The translations under genes were made by a program, and so were the position numbers. From the NCBI GenBank assembly GCA_947451875.1, contig CANGBE010000001.1, positions 1 to 38,856 of the forward strand: a DNA stretch of 38,856 nt. The letters run 5' to 3'. Source of the DNA: Sphingomonadaceae bacterium. Its GTDB lineage: Bacteria; Pseudomonadota; Alphaproteobacteria; Sphingomonadales; Sphingomonadaceae. Below the pieces are notes generated by a model. It was not told the origin of the DNA. It saw nothing but the letters and a program-made list of their open reading frames with translations, and ran no database searches. Below are positions 9,863 to 19,721 of this stretch, piece by piece. Numbering within the stretch: position 1 is the stretch's first letter; each line of letters opens with the position of its first letter.

Positions 9863-10483
9863 ATGGCCATAGAAATCATTGACGCCGCCAGCGATGCTGC
9901 GATTGCTGACTGGATCGAGGACAAGCTGCAGGTCGCCTTGCAGGCTGCGGGTGAAGCGGGAATCGCCATATCCGTTCCCGGCGGCTCCACCCCGTTTCCG
10001 ATCCTTGCCGATCTGGCCAAGCGCAAGCTCGACTGGCGGCGGATTGCTGTCTGGCCGGGGGATGATCGCATCGTTCCGGAGGACAATCCCGCCTCCAATG
10101 TCGGCCGCATTCGCGCGCTGCTGGAGCCGGTGGGGGCGCAGATCGTCCCGCTGGCGGAAGGTGCCCTGCCGCCACATTTCGCGCTGGTCTGGCTCGGCAT
10201 GGGCGGTGACGGGCATATTGCCTCGTTGTTCCCCAACACCGATCCGCAGGCAGACGATCCGCGCGATCTGGTGCGCTTGACACCCGATCCGCTGCCCCCC
10301 GAAGCGCCCTATGACCGGCTAAGCCTGACCATCCCGGCGCTGCTCGCCTGCGATGCACTGATGTTCGTCATTCGCGGTGCAGACAAGCGCGCTTTGTTTG
10401 AGGCTGCCTTGCTCGGGGCCAACGATCTGCCGGTTGCTCGTCTACTGAAGGGGCGCTGTCAGCTGGTGACATGCTTCGCCTAA
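9863..10483 (+). CDS. pgl: 6-phosphogluconolactonase
   Basis: PGGSTP, DDRIVP..SN, LGMGGDGHIASLFP and RLSLT motifs. Confidence 0.92.
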   Translation: MAIEIIDAASDAAIADWIEDKLQVALQAAGEAGIAISVPGGSTPFPILADLAKRKLDWRRIAVWPGDDRIVPEDNPASNVGRIRALLEPVGAQIVPLAEGALPPHFALVWLGMGGDGHIASLFPNTDPQADDPRDLVRLTPDPLPPEAPYDRLSLTIPALLACDALMFVIRGADKRALFEAALLGANDLPVARLLKGRCQLVTCFA

Positions 10484-10959
10484 TACCTAAGCCGCTGCAT
10501 ATCGTGGCGCTGCGAAGCGCGCATGCTGTGCGGTTGCGCTGGTGGCGCTTGCGCAAATCGCGGGTGTCCGGTTGCCGGGTCATTGTTCTAGACGATCAGG
10601 ATCACATTTTGCTGATTCGCCACTCCTATGGCAGCCCGCAGTGGATGCTGCCGGGCGGTGGTATGAAGCGCGGCGAAGACCCGCTCGTTTGCGCCGGGCG
10701 CGAGGTATGGGAGGAATGCGCGGTGCGGATCGGACGGGCGGTGGAGATCGGCGTGGTCACCGACATGATGCATGGCAGCAACAACGATGTGCGGGTGGTG
10801 GCAGGCTGGACGAGCGATGTGCCCCGCGCCGATGGCCGCGAGATTGCCGAGGCGCGGTTCTTTGCGCTCAGTGATTTGCCGCATGATCTTTCAGGCAAGC
10901 TCCCCGATCAGATCCCCGCTTACGTTACAGCAGCGAAAGCTGCGCATCGCGGGGATTGA
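10471..10959 (+). CDS. NUDIX hydrolase
   Basis: Nudix box PGGGMKRGEDPLVCAGREVWEE, upstream LIRHSYG. Confidence 0.88.
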   Translation: MLRLIPKPLHIVALRSAHAVRLRWWRLRKSRVSGCRVIVLDDQDHILLIRHSYGSPQWMLPGGGMKRGEDPLVCAGREVWEECAVRIGRAVEIGVVTDMMHGSNNDVRVVAGWTSDVPRADGREIAEARFFALSDLPHDLSGKLPDQIPAYVTAAKAAHRGD

Positions 10960-12040
10960 TCGCCTCTTCCTTGTCGCCCTCCAGCGACGACAGCGTCAGC
11001 CCCATCAACCGCACCGCCTGCGGCAATGGTAGCAGTTCTTCGAGCAGGGCGTGACCCACGGCTGCAAACTCTGCCCTACCGGAAACCCAGTCAGCCAGTG
11101 TGCGTGATCGGGTTTTCAGCGAGAAATCTGCATACCGTAGCTTTAGCGTCACCGTGCGCCCCTTGGCGCCCAGTCGCTCGATGTCGCCCCATGCCATAGC
11201 GATGATAGTGTCGAGCGTTTCGCGCAGCGCCGGTGCCGCGGAAATGTCCCGATCAAAGGTGCGCTCGGTGCCCACCGATTTCCTCGGCCGGTCGGCGCTC
11301 ACGCGGCGCAGGTCGATGCCTCGCGCGGCGCGATAGAGATAATCGGCCATCGAGCCAAAATGCTGGCGCAGGAACAGGATGTCTTTTGCGGCTAGGTCCG
11401 CTCCGGTCAAGATACCCAGCGCAGCCAGCTTCTCCGCGCTTTTGGGACCAACCCCGTGGAAACGCCGCACCGGCAATGTGGCGACAAATTGCGCGCCCTC
11501 TCCCGGCCGGATCAGACAGAGACCATCGGGCTTGTTCTGGTCGCTGGCGATCTTGGCGAGGAACTTGTTGTAGCTAACTCCAGCGCTAGCGGTCAGGTTG
11601 GATTCTGCCTTGATCCGGGCACGGATCAGTTCCGCAATGCGGGTGGCTGAACCAATGCCCTTCATGTCTTCGGTCACATCGAGATAGGCTTCATCAAGCG
11701 ACAATGGCTCGACCAACGGGGTGTATTCATGAAAGATCGCGCGGATCTGGCGTGATACCTCGCGGTAGGCGGCAAATCGAGGGCGCACGAAGACTAGCCC
11801 CGGGCACATCCGCTTCGCTTGCGCTGACGCCATGGCCGAGCGCACGCCGAACTTGCGTGCTTCATAGCTCGCTGCAGCCACTACGCCGCGCTCTGCCGAG
11901 CCGCCTACAGCCAACGGCTTGCCCTTTAGTGAAGGATCATCGCGCTGTTCGACGCTTGCGTAGAATGCATCCATATCGACATGGATGATCTTGCGCAGCC
12001 CCATTGGCTCGAAGGAATCATCGTCGCATCCGTCGGTCAT
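10925..12040 (-). CDS. dinB: DNA polymerase IV
   Basis: HVDMDAFYAS, SYEARKFGV, SLDEAYLD, NKFLAKIAS and C-terminal clamp motif QLSLL. Confidence 0.97.
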   Translation of the reverse strand: MTDGCDDDSFEPMGLRKIIHVDMDAFYASVEQRDDPSLKGKPLAVGGSAERGVVAAASYEARKFGVRSAMASAQAKRMCPGLVFVRPRFAAYREVSRQIRAIFHEYTPLVEPLSLDEAYLDVTEDMKGIGSATRIAELIRARIKAESNLTASAGVSYNKFLAKIASDQNKPDGLCLIRPGEGAQFVATLPVRRFHGVGPKSAEKLAALGILTGADLAAKDILFLRQHFGSMADYLYRAARGIDLRRVSADRPRKSVGTERTFDRDISAAPALRETLDTIIAMAWGDIERLGAKGRTVTLKLRYADFSLKTRSRTLADWVSGRAEFAAVGHALLEELLPLPQAVRLMGLTLSSLEGDKEEAINPRDAQLSLL

Positions 12041-12137
12041 GCGGCCAGCATATCACCGCTGGCGATAGGACAACATGATTTGCGGAATTCGATTGCAAGG
12101 GGTGGCAAAAGCCGTTTGCTGCCGCCATGGGTAAGAA

Positions 12138-13403
12138 ATGTCGTCGCCCCCCAGTGTTCATTCCCCGTCTCCCGCGCCTTTCCCAATCACCGAGCGCGAA
12201 CTGGTGTTCCTGCTCGCCATGATTCAAGCGCTGCATGCATTGGCTATAGACACGATGTTGCCAGCGCTGGGTAACATTTCACGCGATCTGGTGGTCTCAG
12301 ACCCCAACCGACGCCAGCTGGTGGTCGGCCTGTTTCTGTTCGGCCTGGGTGCCGGGGCGCTGTTTCCGGGCGCGCTTGCTGATCGGTTTGGCCGCAGAAA
12401 AGTGTTGCTCACCTGCATCGGTGGATATGTCGCTTTGTCGCTGATCTCTGCCTTTGCGTGGAGCTTTACCGTGCTGGCTGCTATCCGCTTTGTGCAGGGG
12501 CTCCTTTCGGCGGGCATGTCGGTTGTACCCAATGCAATCATCCGCGATCGTTTCGAGGGTGACCGCATGGCGCGGCTACAGTCGACCATCGGCATGATTT
12601 TCCTCGTCGTGCCCATGATCGCACCTAGCTTGGGCCAGTTGATTCTGCTGTTTGCCGGTTGGCGCTGGATTTTCGGCTTGATGGCGCTGCAAGGCCTGGT
12701 GATCGGCCTTTGGACATGGCGGCGATTGCCTGAAACAATGCACCCGGAATATCGTCAGGCGATAAACCTTCGGGCGATTGCCACCAACATGGGTGTGGCG
12801 CTGACCAATCGCCCGTCCATCGGCTATGTGCTGGGTGTAGCCTGCACCATGGGCGTTGGCTGGGGCTATATCCAGTCGAGCCAGCAGCTGGTTGCCGAGC
12901 ATTTCGGCGCGGGCGCACTGTTCCCTTTGCTGTTTGGCGGCATGGCGCTATCGATGGCGAGCGCCAACCTGATTAACTCGCGCATTGTTGAACGCTTCGG
13001 CGCGCGGCGCGTTTCCCATACAGCTTTAGTGGTCTACATTGTGCTGTCTTCAGCGCAGGCCTGGCTGTCACATAGCCCTCATGAAACCCTTTGGACTTTC
13101 GTGCCGCTGCTCACCATGAACCTGATGCTCAGCGGCTTTATCGGCGCGAACTTCGGCTCGATTGCTCTCCAGCCCTTCGCCCGCATTGCCGGCGCAGCGA
13201 GCTCGGTACAGACATTCGTCCGACTGGTGCTGGCCTCGCTGATCGGCGCGTTTGTTGGTCAAGCCTATGACCAGAGCGCGCGGCCGCTCAGCCATGCTTT
13301 CCTGCTTGCCGGAATCGTCACTCTGGCGCTGATACTGTTCAGCGAGAGGGGACGGCTGTTTCGCAGACTGAATCCGCCGGGTTCGGTACGGCCAATCGCC
13401 TAG
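12138..13403 (+). CDS. Bcr/CflA family multidrug efflux MFS transporter
   Basis: AIDTMLPAL, GALADRFGRRKV (MFS motif A), GWRWIF, LPET, about 12 TM helices. Confidence 0.92.
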   Translation: MSSPPSVHSPSPAPFPITERELVFLLAMIQALHALAIDTMLPALGNISRDLVVSDPNRRQLVVGLFLFGLGAGALFPGALADRFGRRKVLLTCIGGYVALSLISAFAWSFTVLAAIRFVQGLLSAGMSVVPNAIIRDRFEGDRMARLQSTIGMIFLVVPMIAPSLGQLILLFAGWRWIFGLMALQGLVIGLWTWRRLPETMHPEYRQAINLRAIATNMGVALTNRPSIGYVLGVACTMGVGWGYIQSSQQLVAEHFGAGALFPLLFGGMALSMASANLINSRIVERFGARRVSHTALVVYIVLSSAQAWLSHSPHETLWTFVPLLTMNLMLSGFIGANFGSIALQPFARIAGAASSVQTFVRLVLASLIGAFVGQAYDQSARPLSHAFLLAGIVTLALILFSERGRLFRRLNPPGSVRPIA

Positions 13404-13422
13404 ATGCGGAGGCCGCAGCAAT

Positions 13423-14004
13423 CTAAAGGTCTTTCGCCTTCATCTGGAAGATTGTTGTGTGCGGTTCATGCGCTGCCATGCGGGTAAGCAGCAGATCAAG
13501 TTCATGCTCGGCGATGATGATTCCGGCATGCTGAGGACGGACGAAGCCGACTTCGGCCATATGGCGATTGAAGGCGAGCAGGTGATCGAAAAACCCGAAG
13601 GCATTGAGCAGCCCCACCGGCTTGGCGTGATAACCCAGCTGCGCCCAGCTGACCGCCTCCCACAGCTCGTCCATCGTGCCTACCCCGCCGGGGATGGTGA
13701 TGAAGCCATCGGACAGGTCGGTGAAGGCCGCCTTGCGCTCGTGCATATTGGCGACCACGCGCAGCTCGGTGCAATCGTGATTGGCCACCTCGCCCGAAAC
13801 CAGAGCCTCCGGGATCACGCCGATCACTTCGCCACCAGCCTTTAGCGCACCAGAGGCCACCGCGCCCATAAGGCCCAGTCGTCCACCACCATAGACCAGC
13901 CCGATGCCCCGCTCGGCTAGGGTGCGCCCCACTTCGCTGGCGAGTGCGATGTAGCGCGGGTCCGCAGGGGTTGCGGAACCGCAATAGACAGCAAGGCGTT
14001 TCAT
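13423..14004 (-). CDS. LOG family (TIGR00730) nucleotide monophosphate phosphoribohydrolase
   Basis: Starts MKRLAVYCGS, with YGGGRLGLMG, MHERK and PGGVGTMDE motifs. Confidence 0.93.
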   Translation of the reverse strand: MKRLAVYCGSATPADPRYIALASEVGRTLAERGIGLVYGGGRLGLMGAVASGALKAGGEVIGVIPEALVSGEVANHDCTELRVVANMHERKAAFTDLSDGFITIPGGVGTMDELWEAVSWAQLGYHAKPVGLLNAFGFFDHLLAFNRHMAEVGFVRPQHAGIIIAEHELDLLLTRMAAHEPHTTIFQMKAKDL

Positions 14005-14139
14005 CTGGATCAGGTCTCCCGCCAACCCACCGGGAAAGCAACTTCGTATTGCCCGATTGGTTTGCAAGGAGCAATCATGTGCTTGCGCGCGCGCAATCAT
14101 CCGCCATGATCGCTGGCGGTCCTTCATAGGAACAAGCCA

Positions 14140-15129
14140 ATGGACATCGGATTTATCGGACTTGGCCGGATGGGCGGCAATATGGTGCGGCGGCTGAGTA
14201 AGGGCGGGCATAAGGCTCACATATTCTCGATCGACAAGGCCGAGCGTGAAGCGCTGGCGGCAGAGACCGGTGCGATTGCCGCCAGCTCGATCGCCGAGCT
14301 GGTCTCAGGCCTCTCCACCCCGCGCACTGTCTGGCTGATGGTTCCAGCGGGAGCGATCACGCAAGGGGTGATAGACGAGATCGCTCCGCGCCTTCTGGCC
14401 GGTGATACGCTGATCGACGGCGGCAATTCGATGTTCAAGGACAGCGCCGCTCGGGCAGCTGCCCTTGCCACGCGCGGGATCACTTTCCTCGATTGCGGCA
14501 CCAGTGGCGGGCTTTTCGGGCTGGAGCGTGGCTATAGCTTGATGGTCGGCGGCGATGCGGCGGCGGTGGCGCGCAATGCGCCGATCTTTGCGACCCTGGC
14601 TCCCGGCATTGCTACTGCCGAGCGAACGCCTGCGAGGGCTGGCGGGCCGGAGGCTCCCGGCGAGCAGGGCTGGCTCCACTGCGGCAAGGCGGGGGCGGGG
14701 CATTACGTCAAGATGGTTCACAACGGCATCGAGTACGGCATGATGCAGGCCTTTGCCGAAGGCTTTGGCCTGTTCGCCAGCGCGGGCGCGGAGACGGTGC
14801 CCGAGGCGATCCGCTATGATCTAGACCTTGCCGCAATCGCCGAAGTCTGGCGGCGCGGCTCTGTGGTTTCATCATGGCTGCTCGATCTTGGGGCCGATGC
14901 GCTTGCCGAAGATCCTGACCTATCGACATTCTCGCCACGTGTGGCCGATAGCGGCGAGGGGCGCTGGACGGTGCAGGCGGCGATTGAGCAAGGGGTAAGC
15001 CTGCCGGTGATCGCCGCATCGCTGTTTGGCCGCTTCGCCAGTCATGATGATGGCGCGGTGGCGAACCGGATGGTTTCGGCATTCCGAGCCAAGTTCGGCG
15101 GGCACAAGGGCGTGCCAGAGGCGAAATAA
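14140..15129 (+). CDS. gnd: 6-phosphogluconate dehydrogenase, decarboxylating (short YqeC/GntZ type)
   Basis: GLGRMG Rossmann motif, DGGNS, AGHYVKMVHNGIEYG, DSGEGRWT and FGGH. Confidence 0.95.
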   Translation: MDIGFIGLGRMGGNMVRRLSKGGHKAHIFSIDKAEREALAAETGAIAASSIAELVSGLSTPRTVWLMVPAGAITQGVIDEIAPRLLAGDTLIDGGNSMFKDSAARAAALATRGITFLDCGTSGGLFGLERGYSLMVGGDAAAVARNAPIFATLAPGIATAERTPARAGGPEAPGEQGWLHCGKAGAGHYVKMVHNGIEYGMMQAFAEGFGLFASAGAETVPEAIRYDLDLAAIAEVWRRGSVVSSWLLDLGADALAEDPDLSTFSPRVADSGEGRWTVQAAIEQGVSLPVIAASLFGRFASHDDGAVANRMVSAFRAKFGGHKGVPEAK

Positions 15130-15130
15130 C

Positions 15131-15598
15131 TCAGTCGAGCTCGGCCCACTGGTCAAATACCGCTGCCTGCCCATGGACTGCGCCGTGCTCGTCGACCAGA
15201 TTCCACACCGTCGCCGCTTCGATGCGGAAGCGGCGGCCCTTTGCCGAAATCCGCACGCCGGCATAGTCGGCGATGAAACCGTCGCGGCTGACGCGGTTCA
15301 GCAGGTCCTGCCGCTCCTCGCGCAAAGGCGCCTCGGCGGAAAGGCGCGAGGGCGAGCCGAGGAAGGTATCAAAGCTGGTCTCGAACCGCTCCAGTGCCGC
15401 GCGGTTGGCGAAGAAGAAGCGCGGATCGTCTTCGGTGCCGTGGGCGACAATCACTTGCGGTGCGAGCCACAGCGTGGCGATGGTTTCCCCTCCGCCAGCG
15501 ACCAGATCGCGCCCGGTCAGCTGCCGGTAACTGGCGGCGATCCGGGCAATCCGGCGGTCCATTTCAGGATCGGCATAGGTCTCGGGCAAGGCGGGCAT
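15131..15598 (-). CDS. Stand-alone MEKHLA (PAS-like) domain protein
   Basis: VAHGTEDDPRFFFANRAAL, PSRLSAE, YAGVRISAKGRRF and VWNL..GQAA, typical of MEKHLA. The start is uncertain (15598 or 15619). Confidence 0.85.
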   Translation of the reverse strand: MPALPETYADPEMDRRIARIAASYRQLTGRDLVAGGGETIATLWLAPQVIVAHGTEDDPRFFFANRAALERFETSFDTFLGSPSRLSAEAPLREERQDLLNRVSRDGFIADYAGVRISAKGRRFRIEAATVWNLVDEHGAVHGQAAVFDQWAELD

Positions 15599-15727
15599 GG
15601 CCAATTCATGGCCGCTCAACGTGCCGCGGTAAAGCGTCGTCGCTCTCTGTTTTCCACCGGGCCTTTACCTCTGCCAAGATCACGGCCATTCTGCTCCAAG
15701 GGAGCCGGTTGATGAAAGGATGGTCGT

Positions 15728-16129
15728 ATGACCTCAGCTGTTGACGCGCCTGCATGGTCCAGCCTGCTGATGGGCCTAGCCGCCCTGTTCGCCGGGATCG
15801 GCGCGCTGCGCAAACCCGGCACCTGGCAGACCATGATCGCCGAAATCGAAAACTCACCAACTCTTCAATTCCTCTGCGGCATGCTGGAACTGCTGGTCGG
15901 TGCCATCGTCTATCTCGCCTGCCCGTGGACGCCGGGTGATCTGCTGTCATGCCTGATGAAGGCGATGGGCGGGTTGATGATTTTCGAAAGCTTGGCAATT
16001 ATCGGCTTCTGCGATGTCTATTCGCAACTGTGGATTAAATACCTGAGCTCAATGCACCGCGGCTGGGCCCTGTTCACGTTGGTGTTCGGGTTGGCGCTGA
16101 CCTCAGCGGGGATGCTGCGGTTTCATTGA
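15728..16129 (+). CDS. Hypothetical 4-TM membrane protein
   Basis: 133-aa hydrophobic ORF with SD (AAAGGA) and a candidate promoter TTTACC-N17-CATTCT at 15664-15692. Confidence 0.7.
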   Translation: MTSAVDAPAWSSLLMGLAALFAGIGALRKPGTWQTMIAEIENSPTLQFLCGMLELLVGAIVYLACPWTPGDLLSCLMKAMGGLMIFESLAIIGFCDVYSQLWIKYLSSMHRGWALFTLVFGLALTSAGMLRFH

Positions 16130-16153
16130 GGGGAGAGTGAAGGCTCCCTTCGC

Positions 16154-17092
16154 TCAATCAAACAGCGACGAAACCGAACTCTCATCCGCAATCCGACGGA
16201 TCGCCTCGCCGATCAGCGGGGCAATGCTCAGCACGCGGATGCGGTCGCAGGCTTTGGTCGCTTCGGTGGCGAGGATGGTGTCGGTGATCACCAGTTCCTT
16301 CAGCGCTGAATTGGCGACCCGCGCTACTGCTTTGCCCGAAAGCACGCCGTGGGTGAGGTATGCGGTAACACTGGCTGCACCGGCGGCCATCAGGGCCTCG
16401 GCGGCGTTGCACAGGGTGCCGCCAGAATCGATGATATCGTCGATCAGGATGCAGGCACGGCCCTTCACGTCGCCGATGATGTTCATCACTTCCGACTGGC
16501 CGGGCTTGTCGCGGCGCTTGTCGACGATCGACAGCGGGGCATTATCATCCAGCCGCTTCGCGAGCGCCCGGGCGCGGACCACACCGCCGACGTCAGGGGA
16601 GACGACCATCAGGTCTTGGCCGGCATAGCGTTCCAGAATGTCTGCCGCCATCACCGGCGCAGCATAGAGATTGTCGGTCGGGATGTCGAAGAAGCCCTGA
16701 ATTTGCCCTGCGTGAAGGTCTACCGCCAGTACGCGGTCGGCACCTGCGGTGGTGATCAGGTTGGCAACCAGCTTGGCCGATATCGGCGTGCGCGGGCCGG
16801 GTTTGCGGTCTTGCCTAGCATAGCCGAAATAGGGAACCACGGCAGTAATCCGCTTGGCCGAGGCGCGGCGCAGCGCGTCGGTGCAGATCAGCAGTTCCAT
16901 CAGGTTGTCGTTGCACGGGCTTGAAGTGGACTGGAGGATGAAAACGTCCTCACCGCGCACGTTCTCGTGGATTTCGACGAAGACTTCCTCATCGGCAAAG
17001 CGCCGCACCGATGCATCGGTCAGCGGCACCTCAAGATAGGTGGCGATCGCCTGTGCCAGGGGCAGATTGGAATTGCCTGCCAGAAGTTTCAT
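16154..17092 (-). CDS. prs: Ribose-phosphate pyrophosphokinase
   Basis: [29 protein letters not shown] and [10 protein letters not shown] motifs. Confidence 0.98.
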   Translation of the reverse strand: MKLLAGNSNLPLAQAIATYLEVPLTDASVRRFADEEVFVEIHENVRGEDVFILQSTSSPCNDNLMELLICTDALRRASAKRITAVVPYFGYARQDRKPGPRTPISAKLVANLITTAGADRVLAVDLHAGQIQGFFDIPTDNLYAAPVMAADILERYAGQDLMVVSPDVGGVVRARALAKRLDDNAPLSIVDKRRDKPGQSEVMNIIGDVKGRACILIDDIIDSGGTLCNAAEALMAAGAASVTAYLTHGVLSGKAVARVANSALKELVITDTILATEATKACDRIRVLSIAPLIGEAIRRIADESSVSSLFD

Positions 17093-17233
17093 GCGCCTGT
17101 GCCTTTTCGCTCGCGTAAACCTTGCGCGGAGGCCTTAGCGGCGAGTCATGCGAATGCAATATGGCGGGATGGGTTTAGGCCTTATTGCGCGCATCTTATT
17201 TACCCGACTACTCCCCTCGGCTAATCTCCCAAG

Positions 17234-18187
17234 TTACTCCCAAGGCCTCTTCGCACCTGGGGCAACGCGCGCGATGGCCTCCAGCCTGCCGGCCTGCCGT
17301 GATTCGAGAGCCATGGTCAGCAAAGGCTGCGGGCGGGCGACGAATTGGCTGGGCGACATACCGAACAGATCGGTGAATTCGCGGATCAGGTGGCTCTGAT
17401 CGTAATAGCGCAGCAGCAGATCGTCCTCCTCCGCCTCGTCCCCTACACCGCGTAACTGGGCCGCCATATCGAGCGCGCGGCTGCGGCGCAGAACCTGCTT
17501 GGGCGTCAGGCCAAAATCGCGGGTGATGATACGTTCCAGCCGCCGCTGCGGGATCCCAAGCTCCTCGGCGAAATCAGCAATGGCAAAGCTGGGATCGATC
17601 AGCGCGGCCAGTTCAAACTGGGCGGTAATCGAATCGGGCTGCTCTCCGCCTTTTGCTTTGACAATGGCGCGGATGAACTGTTCTAGCACGGCGAACCAGC
17701 CTTCTGGCTCGCTTTCCTGATCGAGGCGGGCCAGCGCAGCTTCGCCCGGCAGCCCCATTTCCTCACAGGTGATGAAGCGATCGAGCAGATCGCCCGTTTG
17801 GTTGCGCAGCAGGGCATGGCCTGTGCCGGGACGCAACGAAAAGCCCACAGTCAGAAATGGGCCTATGGTCGACAGGCGCATCATGCGAGTTTGCGGGCCA
17901 AACATCAGCGCGCTCTTTTCTGACGAGCGCACGCCATCGAGCGTATGTGCTTCCCATGTGCCGCGCAGTTGCATGCGGAACACGGTAGCATCGTAGAACA
18001 GCCCGCAATCGACGCGGCAACCATTAGGTACTTCTGCCGCGCCGACATAAAGGCGACCGATCCAAGGTGCGATGTCATCTGAGGGCGCCCGGCTGAGGCA
18101 AACGGGCTGCCCGCCGCGGGTGGCGCCGAACCGCGATTTGAAGTTGGCGTCCACTGCTGGCTGCCCGCGTTTGAAAAACCGTTCCAA
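17234..18187 (-). CDS. AraC-family HTH transcriptional regulator
   Basis: C-terminal RRLER..FGLTPKQVLR..YYDQSHLIREFTDLFGMSPSQF. The start is uncertain. Confidence 0.85.
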   Translation of the reverse strand: MERFFKRGQPAVDANFKSRFGATRGGQPVCLSRAPSDDIAPWIGRLYVGAAEVPNGCRVDCGLFYDATVFRMQLRGTWEAHTLDGVRSSEKSALMFGPQTRMMRLSTIGPFLTVGFSLRPGTGHALLRNQTGDLLDRFITCEEMGLPGEAALARLDQESEPEGWFAVLEQFIRAIVKAKGGEQPDSITAQFELAALIDPSFAIADFAEELGIPQRRLERIITRDFGLTPKQVLRRSRALDMAAQLRGVGDEAEEDDLLLRYYDQSHLIREFTDLFGMSPSQFVARPQPLLTMALESRQAGRLEAIARVAPGAKRPWE

Positions 18188-18331
18188 CTGAGCCCCGTTC
18201 TCCAGCGCCGCGCACCCATGCAGATAACTGATTTAGAAAGAAACCATCCAAAAAACAAACCAAAGAATGCGGGTTGCGACCATAGTGGAGGTATCTTGAC
18301 CCGGCTGGCGGCAGGCCCGATGAGCGGGTGC

Positions 18332-19114
18332 ATGAATCTTGAAGCCGACATCGCCCTTGCGCTCCGCCTTGCTGACGTAGCTGGAGAGGCCATCCGCCCT
18401 TGGTTTCGCACCGCTATGGAGCCCGACCGAAAAAGCGATTCTACGCCGGTTACGCAGGCTGACCGCGCCGCCGAAGAGGCGATGCGCCGACTGCTCAAGG
18501 CCGAGTGTCCGCGTGACACAGTGATTGGTGAGGAATTTGGCTCTACGCCCGGCAGCTCGGGCCGGTCATGGGTGCTCGATCCGATTGATGGCACAGCAGG
18601 GTTCCTTGCCGGGCGCGCCATGTTTGGCACGCTGATCGCGCTGGTGGTTGAAGGCTGGCCGGTGCTCGGCGTGATCGATCAGCCGATCATGAAGGAGCGT
18701 TGGTTGGGGGTAAGCGGTAAGCCGACCACACTAAATGGCCAGCCGGTGCGCACCCGCACCTGCCGCGTGCTAGCCGAAGCGACGCTGGCGACAACCGGTC
18801 CGCACTATTTCGATGACCATGATGGTGGCCACTTCATGGGACTTGCCGCGAAGACGGATCACCGGCGGATGGTGATGGGCGGTGACTGTTACAACTATGC
18901 CATGCTGGCCTCGGGCCATCTCGATGTCGTCTGCGAAGCTGGGCTCAAGCTGCATGACTGGGCGGCGCTGGTCCCCGTGGTCGAGGGCGCGGGCGGCACG
19001 ATGTGTGATTGGAATGGCGATCCGCTGCACGCGGGTTCTGGCGGCCATGTCCTTGCGCTCGGTGATCCGGCGCGGCTGGAAGATGTCATCGAGGCACTGG
19101 CCTGCGGGCACTAA
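18332..19114 (+). CDS. hisN: Histidinol-phosphatase (inositol monophosphatase family)
   Basis: TPVTQADR, GEE, WVLDPIDGT, GGDCYNY and HDWAAL motifs. Confidence 0.88.
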   Translation: MNLEADIALALRLADVAGEAIRPWFRTAMEPDRKSDSTPVTQADRAAEEAMRRLLKAECPRDTVIGEEFGSTPGSSGRSWVLDPIDGTAGFLAGRAMFGTLIALVVEGWPVLGVIDQPIMKERWLGVSGKPTTLNGQPVRTRTCRVLAEATLATTGPHYFDDHDGGHFMGLAAKTDHRRMVMGGDCYNYAMLASGHLDVVCEAGLKLHDWAALVPVVEGAGGTMCDWNGDPLHAGSGGHVLALGDPARLEDVIEALACGH

Positions 19115-19133
19115 TTTCGTTGGAGAGAAAACC

Positions 19134-19655
19134 ATGAGCATTTCGCTTTACCAAGCTTCCGTCCCCTCGTTCCTGCAGGTGCTGATCCCGGTTGGCGGGC
19201 TGGTGGAAAAGGCGCGGGCGCATTGCGCGGACAAGGGTGCGCCCGAAGAGGCGCTGCTCGGCCAGCGGCTCGCCGAGGATATGTGGCCTTTCGCCAAGCA
19301 GGTTGCAGCTGCATGCGCGCACTCGTTCGGCGCGATCGAGGCGCTGCGCAGCGGCGAAACCGGGCCGGACCTCAGTCCGCCGCCCAGCAGCTTTGCGGAT
19401 CTGGCGGCAAAGGTTTCCGCTGCGGTTGCCGGATTGCAGACCGTGACCGAGGCAGAGATCGCCGCGCTGGAAAGCGGCGATGTGGTGTTCCGCTTCGGCG
19501 AGCGCGTCATGCCCTTCACCGCCAGCGACTATGTGCTGTCTTTCGCCATGCCCAATTTCTATTTCCACGCCTCGATGGTCTATGCCGTTTTGCGCAACCA
19601 GGGGCTGGCTGTCGGCAAAATGGACTGGCTTGGGCAGGTCCGCATGAAGGGTTGA
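19134..19655 (+). CDS. DUF1993 family protein
   Basis: RLAEDMWPFAKQV and FAMPNFYFH..YAVLR..GKMD motifs. SD GGAGA precedes the ATG at 19134. Confidence 0.88.
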   Translation: MSISLYQASVPSFLQVLIPVGGLVEKARAHCADKGAPEEALLGQRLAEDMWPFAKQVAAACAHSFGAIEALRSGETGPDLSPPPSSFADLAAKVSAAVAGLQTVTEAEIAALESGDVVFRFGERVMPFTASDYVLSFAMPNFYFHASMVYAVLRNQGLAVGKMDWLGQVRMKG

Positions 19656-19661
19656 TTGCCA

Positions 19662-19696
19662 TAGGGGGCTGAACGGGTCTAGGGGGCTCGAACGGG
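19662..19696. repeat. Tandem direct repeat
   Basis: TAGGGGGCT-GAACGGG (19662-19677) and TAGGGGGCTCGAACGGG (19680-19696). Confidence 0.6.
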
Positions 19697-19721
19697 GGCG
19701 TAAAGTGCCGGGAGTGCAGGT

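Noticed and set aside
12041-12137. LexA/SOS box upstream of dinB
   Set aside because: No alphaproteobacterial GTTC-N7-GTTC repeat was found on either strand.
13423-15598. LOG + MEKHLA as a cytokinin or plant-signalling module
   Set aside because: The two genes are separated by gnd, and bacterial LOG proteins are generally nucleotide-salvage enzymes. Nothing in the sequence links them.
18220-18270. AT-rich tract as an att/dif site or island boundary
   Set aside because: There is no integrase, tRNA or partner repeat, and it is more simply explained as the AraC promoter region.
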